From Gekko japonicus (Eukaryota), in assembly GCF_001447785.1 (NCBI RefSeq), contig NW_015170319.1, forward strand, positions 194,178 through 258,177: 64,000 nucleotides of DNA. The letters are read 5' to 3'. Positions 12,727 through 37,235 of the stretch are shown here, piece by piece. The notes beneath the pieces are model-generated. The model worked only from the letters and a program-made list of their open reading frames with translations, was not told where the DNA came from and searched no databases. Position numbers and translations under genes: made by a program. Every line of letters begins with the position of its first letter. Positions within the stretch are counted from its first letter, which is position 1.

Positions 12727-13582
12727 GTTTTAATTTAATAGTGTCTGAAATAGCAGGGAACAGTTATCTGCAACAAAAAATACTGCCATCCTCTTAAATT
12801 ATGGAGCTGCAGACTGAGCTGGGTGGCTCTAATTTAAGCTTCATCAGCATTTCCACCATAAATCCTGTTGAGGAGAAAGGGTGGTCTAGTATTTACTACT
12901 GCAGTTGGCTGAACCTAATGCTGAGTTTTGAAAAACTGTTTTATGTCATTTTAGATATAAAAATCAACCTAGAACCATTTTATCCTTCTAAGATAGTGAT
13001 TATTTCTTAGATGCATGTCACTTTAATGTGTAAACAATATATTTGTCTTAACCAAACACTGTAGCTTGTGTACAAATCTTGTGTATGCTGAATGGAAGGA
13101 GAGAGCTGGATTTGCATGCCAGTGTGCTTCACCTCCACATGTTCTGCTGAAGATATCTTCAGCAGAACATGTGGAGGTGAAGCACACTGGCATGCAAATC
13201 CAGCTCTCTCCTTCCATTCAGCATACACAAGATTTGTACACAAGCTACAGTGTTTGGTTAAGACAAATATATTGTTTACACATTAAAGTGACATGCATCT
13301 AAGAAATAATCACTATCTTAGAAGGATAAAATGGTTCTAGGTTGATTTTTATATCTAAAATGACATAAAACAGTTTTTCAAAACTCAGCATTAGGTTCAG
13401 CCAACTGCAGTAGTAAATACTAGACCACCCTTTCTCCTCAACAGGATTTATGGTGGAAATGCTGATGAAGCTTAAATTAGAGCCACCCAGCTCAGTCTGC
13501 AGCTCCATAATTTAAGAGGATGGCAGTATTTTTTGTTGCAGATAACTGTTCCCTGCTATTTCAGACACTATTAAATTAAAAC
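12727..13582. repeat. 856-bp palindrome (428-bp arms, no spacer, no mismatch found)
   Basis: Axis between 13154 and 13155 (GAT|ATC). Mirror-image identical ORFs 12801..13010/13299..13508 and 13007..13243/13066..13302. Pairing breaks at 12726/13583. Confidence 0.97.
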
Positions 13583-13907
13583 TCGCCCTGCCTGCCTGCC
13601 TGGAGCCGCGTGGCCGCCGCGCTCCGCGGGCGAGGGGGTCCTGCTGCGGGGTCCCCAGGGAGCAGAGGATGAGAGGTAAGGTGGGGATGCGTGTGTGTGC
13701 GGTGCGTGCGCACTCCAGGCCCCCTCCCTTTCCCCAGGGCCCCCCCCCACAAGGAAGGGGTTAGCTACGGCCCTGATGCACAGGGATGCATACTTTTTGT
13801 GAATTATGTGGAAGTCTAGGGCATGGATAGTGGGCCTACTCCAACAATTCTCATTCACATGTTTATGCAACACCTACACAGGTAAGGGATTTTCAGTGCT
13901 GTTGCAT

Positions 13908-14241
13908 TAGGGTTGCCAGGTCCTACCTTTGATCCAGTAGGGGACTCCCAAGTCATGACCAGGATCTTCTGCCATGTGTGCAAAGCACGCATGGTGTGAT
14001 GATGTCACCTGGAAGTGACATCATCACATTGCTGACACGGGCTGATACTCTAGGTTTTGGACAAAACACTGTTTTTTTGCCTTCAAAGCCATAGAGTTTT
14101 GCCCAAAACCTAGAGTGCCGGGTGACATCATCATGTTGGAGATGTCACCCAGTGATGTTCCTGTTCAGGGGTGGGGCTTCCCCCACTGGCCAGCTGAAAA
14201 TTGGGGGAACCCCTGCCCAGCCCGGGGGTCTGTCAACCCTA
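13908..14241. mobile_element. hAT-family MITE
   Basis: TIRs TAGGGTTGCCAG/CTGTCAACCCTA and exact 8-bp TSD TGTTGCAT; related to 821-1212. Confidence 0.82.
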
Positions 14242-17200
14242 TGTTGCATCATGCTTAAACTGGTCCATATGTAGATGCATACCCTCACTGAAGAGGTAGC
14301 TTGTAGCACTTGCTGGCCCAGATTCGAAGACGTACTTCAAGTGCTTGGGCATACCCAAGGAATTTTTCACTTGTTATCTCACCATAGCAAGACCTCGCTT
14401 TCCCTATCACAAATTGTTTATGGAAGTCAGTTTCAAAAGTGATGTCATACTGTTTGGAGGAGCAGAGGATGTTACTGGAAAGCCTCTTGTGCATACTGAA
14501 CAATTATTTAGACCCAAGCCACTTTGTGAACCTGATAAGGCCATTTGTGTTAAGTGTGAAGAAATGCATTTTGGGGTAGAGTTTTGACCTGAGTAAAAGC
14601 TTTGCCAGGAGATTTTAAAAGTGTTTTTCTCTGGGTAGGGAACAGGCAGAGAGGGGGAAGGCAGGTCAGCCTTACCTCAGCTATCTCTTAAGAAATGCTA
14701 ATAGGTCCAGCTAGAGACAATAGGAGGGTCCAGTTCTCCACCCCCCATGCAGGGAACAGAGATTTGGAAGTATTAAAGACTAGAAGGACTTCAGGAAGAA
14801 AATTTTGGAGACTTCAGGTAAAGCTTCTTTGATCCAGCCTGACCTGGTCAGTGGGTGGGGAAAAGAGAGATGATGAAACTTCTGGGAGCAAGGAGGGAGG
14901 TCTTTTTTGTGGGGATGCTGTGTCCATCAGAGCAGGTAGAACTCTTAACTGAGGTCTGGAGGAGGCGGCCATTACCATGTGCTGGCCTGGACAGCTGAAG
15001 GAAGCTGCAAGGTAATGAAACTCTGTAGAGACCTGTAACATTCTATGCTAAAGAGCCTTTCCTATATTTAACAACATCTGACAGGGCATGTATAGAGAGA
15101 GGGACATAGGAATTGCGTTTTACCCTTTTCTTTTGAATCCCGTGCTCAATCTGGTGCTGTGCTAAGAGCAGAGGTCGATTCGGGGGGATCGCAATTCCCC
15201 CGGGTGAGGTGGGGGGCGGGGCACACGACGGAGCCCCACCCCCTGCTTCCGGCTGCCCCGCTTCCGGCCCTCATTCAGCCAGGAGGAGGCAGGAGAAGAG
15301 GGAGGGTAAGTTGCTTCCTCCCCGCCTCTCCCCACCCCTGCCTGTCTGGGGCCAGGGAGGGCCTTGGTGGGGCTTCCTTGCACTCCCGCCGGCCCTGCAG
15401 GTCCACTGCCGGCCCTTATGATGTCAGGGGGTGTGGCATATGCTAATGAGTTATGTTAATGAGTTCCCCTAGCTCTTTTTCTTTGAAATGACCCCTGGCT
15501 AAGAGTATGCTTATAAATATTTCCTTTTTAATAAATACTTTGTAACTTTTGATTTTGGTAGCAGTTCTCTGTACCACATAGACCTCCACCATCTTGAACA
15601 TGCTATTTTAAAAGGAGAGCCAGGGGAAAGGCAGTCAGTTGGCAAGCAGCTATTCCTTCAGGGGTGCACAAGGCATTAAACTGTCCCCATGGTGACCAGG
15701 TGCTGGCAGCGGGAGACACAGAGGTAAGGCCTCAGAACCTGGAAGGGAAGCTGGGAGTCCTGACCATCCCAGCAGGTGATTCTTACAAAGGTTAGGTGGT
15801 GGCAGCAGGTTACAGGAGAGAGAGAAAAGCCTCTTCAGATGTTGAGAAAACCTTGGAGGACCGAGTGGAACAGGGCTTGCAAGCCAGAGCAGGACTGTTC
15901 TGCCACATTGAGGGAGGGAAATCGTTCTAATTTTGTATCCTGGGGGGGGGTCTGTACCATGATTGCTGATGTTTGGGATTATTAGTTCAGGATTCAAATT
16001 TGAGTGTTTTATTCAAGTTCTGGAATTTTGGGACCATTATTTTCAATGGGGAACCAATTCAAGGGTCTAGGCCAGCTGTTTTTAAACATATCAATGCCAA
16101 ATTTGCACAGAATATAGCCATCCCTCTAATCCAAGGACTATTGAGATATATGTCTAGGTTGAGGTAGCAAGCAGTTACTGGATCGAGATCACTATGATCT
16201 ATGTGTAAGTCTTAGCTGTCATGCTAAGTGGTTAAGGCAATTACAGCCAGGTGTTAAACTACCAGGAGGCAAAAAGTCAAAGCTCTGTCTGCTTTTGGCA
16301 GGACTGATGTGGAGGCTTTGCAGAGCAAAAAGGAGGGGTATGTGTATGTTTTGGGGGGATTGTTTCTGTTCTGTCCCCCCGTCCCCCTGCAATCACAAAC
16401 CTCATATCTGTGCGAATATGCACACAGGGGCCTCTGCCGCAAGCAGTTCAGGGAGGCAAATCTTGGCTCACTGGCAGCTGTGGCTCCTCTCACCTCCTGC
16501 TCCAGGGTGCCCGGCGCAGCAGAGCATTAAGGTTTTAATTGCAGTGTGTGCCGCTGGCACGAGGGCAGCTGCAGCCAGGGCGGACTGTGGGGATGGCTGG
16601 CACAGGAGTTGGCCAGGTTTCCAAGGCACAGCTGTCACAATGCTCCCTGGTGAGTGTGGCACAACTGTCTTCTCTCGTGTCATGCCTGGAGGGGGGGTGA
16701 GCTGCTGGGGGGGTAAAGATAACAGGGCAGGGTTGTTTTGGCACTTTGTCATGGCTTTGCTTGCAGAAGGGGGCATCAGCAGTGCAAAGAGGTATCCAGT
16801 GTGACTTCAGTTGTGGTGCGTGCTGCGCCTGTGGGCGGGATGCAGGCAATGCAGGCACCAATGGATGGCGAGACCTTAGGCAATGCAGGCACCAATGAAT
16901 GGCGAGACCTTGTGAGTGACAGGTCAGCGGGCAAAAGGCTGTGGGAGCACGGGCAAGAGGGACATGAAAAGTCTTTTATATATGAGAGATATTCACTTTT
17001 ACTTGTCTATTGATTGTAATTTATTGATGTAACCCTCCCTGAGCCCACTTGTGGGAAGGGCAGGATATAATAAATCAAAACAAACAAATAAATAAATAAA
17101 TTAGTGGTGACAGGGGGCTGGGGCACAGGAGTCTGAAGGCTAAGCTACATGGTACACTTGTTTACAAGGTGTGTCTGGGTTCACTGCTTTGATCAGAGTC

Positions 17201-17548
17201 ACACATCAGCTCCAAGAACATTATTTAAAAGCTATAGAAATTGATTTTTTTTTCTGATGAGGGGCTGCATGGTGGAGGAGGGGACTGTTGGTTCCCCCAG
17301 CCTTTTCCCTGATCCTAAAAAACACACACAACAACAGTGGGATCTGCATAAATTTGGAGCTCTACATTGAGTAGACTGAGCACTCACAGCTCAGCACAGA
17401 CTCCTCCATGTAAATTCCTTGATTCTCTGGATCTTCTTTGGTGATAGGATGGGAGCACTCAATACTTTGCAAGGATCCAGTTGGAAGGAAGACATACACT
17501 GTGTGGAAAATTCAGAGAATCAAATAAAAACAAGATGCCTGATGCATT

Positions 17549-17834
17549 GAGAAGAAGAGGAGATTGGATTTATACCCCGCCCTTCACTACCCAAAGGTGT
17601 CTCAGAGTGGCTTACAAACTCCTTTCCCTTCCCCTCCCCACAACAGACACCCTGTGAGGTAGGTGGGGCTGAGAGAGATCTGACAGAAATTGCTCTTTTT
17701 TCAAGAACAGCTCTTATCAGAACCACGGCTTGCCCAAGGTCATCCAGCCAGGTGCAAGTGGGGGAATGGGGAATCAAATCCGGTTCTCCCAGATTAAAGT
17801 CCACGCACTTAACCACTACACCAAACTGGCTCTC
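17549..17834 (-). mobile_element. tRNA-derived SINE (Squam3-like)
   Basis: Head GAGAGCCAGTTTGGTGTAGTGGTTAAG with A/B boxes and a (TTC)-type tail; near-identical to 35901-36184. Confidence 0.8.
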
Positions 17835-18528
17835 TGATAGTTAGTCACCCAAACACAACAAATAACATGGATTTTTTTACAGGAATGTTTTTTGGTAATG
17901 CTTAAGAATCCCAGTTTTGTGTTACCATTGGGAAATCACGGTGTGTGTGTGTGTCTGTAAAGTGTCATCAAGTTGCAGTTAGCTTATGACGACTCCAGCA
18001 CTTTGTGGATGGGTTTGTTCAGACACGAATTCAGGGATGGTCTTTTAAAGTGAAATCCTGATAACACTTACTTGAATAGATGACCTATTAAACTCAGAAG
18101 GAGATTTCATGTAGCTGCAATGGCCCTGGGCAAAATCCAAAACCAATACCTGGGTACTTCATTAGAACTAGCCAAAATAAAACAAGGCACAACACAGGCT
18201 TCCAAATTTCCCCAGAATCTATCAGTCTGGTGGTTAAAAGGCATATTACACACAGGCTACTTACAAGAAAGGCATTAGATTACTTTTCCAACTAAAATCA
18301 GTGGTACATATTTCTAAAAATACACATTTATGATCAGGCAAAATGGGCACTTTCACCCAAGAAACATGGGATATATGAAATATGATGTTGGACACTTCTG
18401 TAGACTGGGGCCATACAGGTTAAAAGGAGGAAAATAAGGGATACAGAAAACATTAGGCGGTTTTCTTGATGTAGAAACCCAAGAGTTAAGTTCCAAAAGG
18501 ATTTGCAACTTGACTGGACTTTTGAACT

Positions 18529-18560
18529 TAATAATAATAATAATAATAATAATGTATTGG

Positions 18561-18596
<36 letters not shown>

Positions 18597-18602
18597 TATT
18601 GG
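18529..18602 (+). repeat. (AAT)n microsatellite, two tracts each ending in GTATTGG
   Basis: Seen directly in the sequence. Confidence 0.9.
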
Positions 18603-19643
18603 GAAAAGTTCCTTTGTTTCTCTCATCTGGACTACAAGGGTGTGAAGTCTTATTGTGTAACTTCCCCCACAGGGTTGGTGTAACAATACAACTGAGAAGG
18701 GGAGAACATTGTAAGCCACTTTGGGTCCCTCTTAAGGAAAAAAATGGGGTATAAATGAAATAAACAAACTAACCTATTTAAAGATTGAAAGAAAATTAAG
18801 GGATTTAGCTGATGGTCCAATGGAAAAAGATGGGTTTTAAGACGAGAGAGAAGTGACATCACATACATGTTAAGGGATAAAATTCTCTGCCTCAGAAGGC
18901 AACATAGGACTCAGAAGAGAAAGAGACCTCCTTTCAGTTGAAAGTGACAGAGCTGGCAATGAAAACAGCAATCCTAAGCAGGACTGCTCAGAAGCAAGCC
19001 CCATTCTATTCCGTGGGACATAGTTCCAGAAAAATTTCAGCCCAAATGATAGAGTCAAGGGTCAACCAATAGAATAGGGCAAGTAATACATATCTTTAAG
19101 AAGTTTGTGCTGGAAACAGAAGAAGATGGGAAACTACTGAAGGGTTTTGAGGACAATGGTAAGGTGAATGCTTTAATTTTGGATTGAGGTGAGAGGACTG
19201 AGATGAGAAGGAAGTGAGAAGAAGTTACATCAGCCAAGGCAAGAGAAACTAACAGGCCTAGTCAGGCATAAACATACCAAATATCTATGGCACAGATCAA
19301 CAGTAAATAAAAAACAATATACTGCTCTAAGAAGGCAGTTCCAAAGAAGAGGAATATAGAAACTTCAGTAGACTGACTTGAGCCAGCAAAATAATTGCCG
19401 TTATGTGAGATCTCACTGCTGGCTAATTACTGATAAAGACTTCACAAAATACAGACTCAAACAATAGAAGCTGAAAAACAATAAAGTGCATGACCTCAGG
19501 AGGCTTATATGAAACTCCACTTTATTTCAGGAAGGATTTTTGCTTTTATACTTCTCTGTGTCTATCTTCTGGGCTGCCAAGCTGGGTTGTATGTCTTATT
19601 GGATGTGGCCCAGCTAGAACTATGGTAGGTACTGCAGGGACTC

Positions 19644-19714
19644 TCCTTCCTGACACAAACTAATATGCTGCTTCATGTGTCCTTCCTGACACAAACTAAT
19701 ATGCTGCTTCATGT
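19644..19714 (+). repeat. 36-bp tandem duplication
   Basis: TCCTTCCTGACACAAACTAATATGCTGCTTCATGT occurs twice in tandem. Confidence 0.9.
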
Positions 19715-19976
19715 TACAAATAAATAAAACAGTAAATTTAAAATGCCAAGAGTAAACACATGTGCAGAGAATAGAGTTGCTAAATCTTTTTAGAGTCTTT
19801 ATACAGAGTGCTATACTCTCCCCGGGGGGGGGGGGGGGAGCCCTTATCCTCATTTGCAAAGATGGCATGCAGAATCAAGCATTTTCAGAGCCCAGAGGGG
19901 GTGGGCCTGCTGCTATGTTCCTTGATAGTTCTTAAATCTTTTTTGGCTGCTACAGTCTATAATACACTTTTATGTC

Positions 19977-22443
19977 AAGTCAAGTTTATTAGTATGGTCA
20001 AGCGACCAGCCAATATAGAACATTACCAAGAGGAATAATAATATAAGATATACTATAAATACATAAAATTCAAATGGATCTATAAAAGAACTTTAAAATG
20101 AGTACAATATCTCATTAAAACAAAACAAAAACAATGCTAATTTGTCATCAACTTGCTATCTAAGGTATAAGCTTCCTCTTTTTAAGGGCCAGGAAGCAAA
20201 ATTTTGCCACAGCTAAAGATATCCTCTCTTTCCAATCTTCTAACAAAAAAATTAAAATCCTCAATTCCGCAAATTTCCACTGGACATCCAAGGGTTTAAA
20301 TTTGGACAACAATGGGAAAATTAACAGCTGTCTCTCCCTAGCATAAAAATTACAATGTAACAACATATGTGATACCGACTCTATATCAAGATTTGTACAA
20401 GGGCAGCATCTTTGGGAGATAGGCCAATGCAAAAACCTTCCTTGTAACAAATTAGAGGGTAGGGCATCAAAACGTGCTCTAGAAAAAGCCCATCTATAGC
20501 CGTCATATGTGATGTTAGAAAGATATGGAGCGGGAGCAAAACCTATCCAGGATTTTAAGACTCCATATCTTGAAGGTAAGAGCGCTTCTTCTGTCTGAGC
20601 CTATATATCTATTAGGCGTTGGGTTACTATAGATTTAGCTTTAGTCAATCCTTGCTCCAAAAGACTTGCAGGGTAAAGCCCAATTGATCCAAGTTTGGCT
20701 AAAATTTTAGAGGACCAATCAGGATATGGAGTGGCAGCTAGTAAAGATGGAATTAGACCTGTAGGCTTCAAGTGCGTTCTCAACCAATAAAAAATGGAAG
20801 CTATCTAGATTTTCGTTTCCACTTTTGTCACCCCACTCTCCTGCCTAAGAACAACATTCACTGTACATTTAGGCGCATTAAATAATGCTCTAATAAATTT
20901 GGATTGAACTTTTTCCAGGTCCTTAAAGTTATTATCACTTATTGTAATTATTTGCGTACCATATGTGAGTTGGGTTAAGACCTTTGCGTCAAATAATTTC
21001 AAAGCTGCTAAAATTACACCTTGGCCCTCCTTTCTGAAAAATCTGATAATAGCATTAACATTTCTCTCAGCAGAGCAGATTGTGGAGGCTATATGTGCTG
21101 AGGAACTGCCATTATAGCTGAAAATTATCCCTAAAGACTTNNNNNNNNNNNNNNNNNNNNNNNNNNNNNNNNNNNNNNNNNNNNNNNNNNNNNNNNNNNN
21201 NNNNNNNNNNNNNNNNNNNNNNNNNNNNNNNNNNNNNNNNNNNNNNNNNNNNNNNNNNNNNNNNNNNNNNNNNNNNNNNNNNNNNNNNNNNNNNNNNNNN
21301 NNNNNNNNNNNNNNNNNNNNNNNNNNNNNNNNNNNNNNNNNNNNNNNNNNNNNNNNNNNNNNNNNNNNNNNNNNNNNNNNNNNNNNNNNNNNNNNNNNNN
21401 NNNNNNNNNNNNNNNNNNNNNNNNNNNNNNNNNNNNNNNNNNNNNNNNNNNNNNNNNNNNNNNNNNNNNNNNNNNNNNNNNNNNNNNNNNNNNNNNNNNN
21501 NNNNNNNNNNNNNNNNNNNNNNNNNNNNNNNNNNNNNNNNNNNNNNNNNNNNNNNNNNNNNNNNNNNNNNNNNNNNNNNNNNNNNNNNNNNNNNNNNNNN
21601 NNNNNNNNNNNNNNNNNNNNNNNNNNNNNNNNNNNNNNNNNNNNNNNNNNNNNNNNNNNNNNNNNNNNNNNNNNNNNNNNNNNNNNNNNNNNNNNNNNNN
21701 NNNNNNNNNNAGAGACTGAATAAGGGAATTAACATATATATTAAACAAGGAGGGGGCAAGTAAACAACCCTGTCTTACTCCCTTCCGAGAGGGAATAGAT
21801 TTTGATAACATTCCTTTACCATTACATCTGATTTGTAGTTGCATATTCTCATGAACCTTAATCATCAGATGCAGAAGTCTTTTATCTATGATTGTGCAGT
21901 TCAATTTTGCCCAAAGTCTTCCCCGAGATACAGAATCAAAGGCCGCCTTCAAATCCACAAAGGCGACAAAAAGAGATTTCTTGGCAACTCTCACATATTT
22001 TTGAATAAAATAGTCTAGAACAAGACAGTGATCAAGAGTTGATCAACCGTGGGTGAAGCCCGCCTGATTTTTGCTTAGATAATTATCATGTTCAAGCCAG
22101 TTATGTAATTTAGTTTGCAGATGTCTCGAGTACAATTTACCTATGGTATTTAGAAGACTAATCGGTCGGTAATTACTAGGATCAGACCTGATACCTTTCT
22201 TATATATAGGATTAATAATTGCAAATCCCCAGTCTGTTGGAATCTGAGCAGTGTGGTCAATATAAGTAAAAAGTCTGGCCAATAACGGTGACCACCAGTC
22301 AGTGTTGCTCTTGAGAAGGTCTGGAGGAATAAAGTCACTGCCAGGAGCCTTCCCATTCTTTAACTGCTTAATCATTAGGGTAATCTCTTCTGATGTAACT
22401 GGGGGCCAACTAGGCAGGGTCTCTAAAGGGACTATCATGGGAG
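19977..22443 (-). mobile_element. 5'-truncated non-LTR retrotransposon, RTE-X-like, RT plus C-terminal CCHC (interrupted by the gap)
   Basis: Motifs KAPGSD, NYRPISLL, QAGF, FVDLKAAFDSV, GVRQGCLLAPSLFNIY and CPC..ESVSHMLLHC. 3' end AATAAAC(TTGAC)n. TSD ACTTTTATGTC at 19966-19976 and 22444-22454. Confidence 0.85.
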
Positions 22444-23407
22444 ACTTTTATGTCTAGTATTTGTCCCCTTTCCTTATTAATCTTGCATCAGGCATATTTT
22501 CTCGGCTGATGTAAAAAAACATGGATGATTCACTTTTTATCCATCACAGCTTTGGATCTAGTTTAGCTCTTAAGCTTCAGTAATTGGCCATATTCACAAG
22601 AATTCCATACAAAGAATTCCCACACCGAAAACATACACTGTGCAGCTATAAGTGTTTAAATTAGGCACAAGTAATTTGGTCATAAATTCTGCATGTTGTA
22701 ACATTATATGACTGCAGGAGAAATAATGCATCATTAAAAGATTAATTTAATTAAATGCTGTAAACCGATATTTATATATTTGGTTTCTGACACATTGCAT
22801 TTTTAAATCTTTGGTTATACAGAAGCAGCTGGCAAAATAACAGCTAAAGACAGATTGAAACTAGTCACTAACAAGCAACTACTTAGAAGCTATTCCATTC
22901 ACCATGTAATTCATGTTACAGCTCACCACACAGCTCTGGTGACTTCCTCTGCTCCATTCCAACAGTGTAAGCTCTGGTGTGGTAAGATTTACGGAATACA
23001 CACTTATATAAATGACTTCCTATCCATGCAGTTACATTTCAAGAAGACATTAATGGTGGTTTTTTTTAACCTATGAATCCCCCACATCCAAAGAACGCCA
23101 ATACAATTAGAATTTGTGTTGTAGGAGTCATTGAGCTCCAGTTACTCACACCAAGGTGAGAGGGAGGGCTGGATGACAATAGATGTGGAAGTGACTGCAT
23201 GTTCCAGATAATGGCCTGTGATGCCAAGTGTGTGCACTGAAGGAGGGAGGGGAAAAACAGGCTCCACCAAGTCTTGGGCTGATCCTCCACTTGTTACCAT
23301 TTTGCAACTGCTGTGTCCTTCGCAATGTTATACAATGGCTATTGCTTTCTTTTAATATGCACATGAATGAATGAAAAACCTCCACTCTGTTTCCAAAATT
23401 CATAGTG

Positions 23408-23413
23408 TTTATT
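23408..23413 (-). terminator. Candidate distal polyadenylation signal (AATAAA); a proximal candidate lies at 23543-23548
   Basis: The plus strand reads TTTATT at both positions, 1.2-1.4 kb after the stop codon. Confidence 0.55.
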
Positions 23414-24778
23414 ATTTCTAATATCATATTATATTGCATAAATACTCTATCCTTGTTAAATGTCTTTTTTTTAAAAAAAAGTGATAACTTAGAAGATCAC
23501 ATTAGACAAGAAATATAAAAATAAATAGGTTCAATATATGCATTTATTACCAATTACAACCCTTCACAGAAGGAAAGGAATATAAATACTTTTAAAGTAT
23601 GTATCATCTATAGTTATATTTACTGTATACATATGGAGAGCCATATTCTCAGAGTCTATGGACTGGCACAAACTTTTAAATACACATGTATTGGCATATT
23701 GCTGTGGATGGACCTGCTATCCCTCAGCTTAGTCTTCCCCGTCTTACAAGTGATTTGAGCAGTGTAAAAACATTAGGTGCCATGCATTAAAGACCTCCTG
23801 TTCATGATGGAATTGTATCTGTTCGCAGCAGATCACAAGCAAGTGTGCTATTGTTGGCCTGTATATAGTAAACTGTATCTTAAAGAGGTCAGACCATTAC
23901 CTTAACTCAAATGGCAGCATGATATGACTACATTTCCACCTAGAAACTTGATTACAATATACTCATAAGACAAATATATACTCCCAAGATAAAATTAATT
24001 TCACTTAAATATTTTGGAGCAAATGGGGTGTGACCTATCCAAACCAATAAGAATGGCATGCATTGCTGAAACTGTTATGATTCCAGTCCTGCAGGCTGAC
24101 TGCAAGGGGGAAATGTTACCTCAGTAAAATAAAAAAAATACTTTAAAACTGCACTACATTCTAGTCATCAAGAGATTTAACAGCCATTTTTGTACGTTCT
24201 TATTTACAGGCAGATAATATGGCTTTCTGTTTATAAAAAAAACTATTCTGTAAAATGATAGCAGCCATTAACAATATAGTCAAAAGTTCTTTTCAAATAC
24301 TGAGGGTTGTTCTTTTTTTGTTTGCTCTTTGTGAGGTAGGCAAGACCTGACCAATTATTAAGCTTAGAGAAAAATGGTCATTCTCATTCCCAACTTTGAG
24401 GAAAAAATATTTTTATCAGTACCACAACACAACTCCAGGAAGAAAAAAAAAATGTAATCACTAAAACATTGAAATGTTTGTTTAAACCTGCTTTGGCCAC
24501 TGCCTATGTTTTGTTTAACTTGTAACAGACTTAAAAAAGGAAATTGTAATGCCTCAGGGCTTTAGTGCTGAAGATGAAATAGCTAGCAACATTAGTTGTT
24601 TTATCAGGTTTGCAGTTGATAGAATCCACCCCATCCAACATTATTTGCACTGCCCCCATCTCAGTAAATTCCCCACGGTGAATTTTGCAATGAAAATTAC
24701 ACAATTGCTACCTTTCACCCTCCTTTTCAGTGCTTTGGTCTGAAACTTACACCATTAGCTTTCTCAGCCTGTTATGGT
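23408..24778 (-). other. ADAMTS1: ADAMTS1 3' UTR (AU-rich)
   Basis: AT-rich sequence after the stop codon with no obvious repeats. Minus-strand AATAAA at 23548-23543 and 23413-23408, several ATTTA pentamers, and TGTAAATA at 24208-24201. Confidence 0.65.

Positions 24779-37235
<12,457 letters not shown>

Noticed and set aside
13152-13157. EcoRV site at the palindrome axis as evidence of a cloning or ligation origin
   Set aside because: The centre of any perfect palindrome is necessarily a palindromic hexamer, so this is not informative by itself.
12801-13508. Identical ORF pairs on opposite strands
   Set aside because: They follow trivially from the palindrome and have no recognisable protein features.
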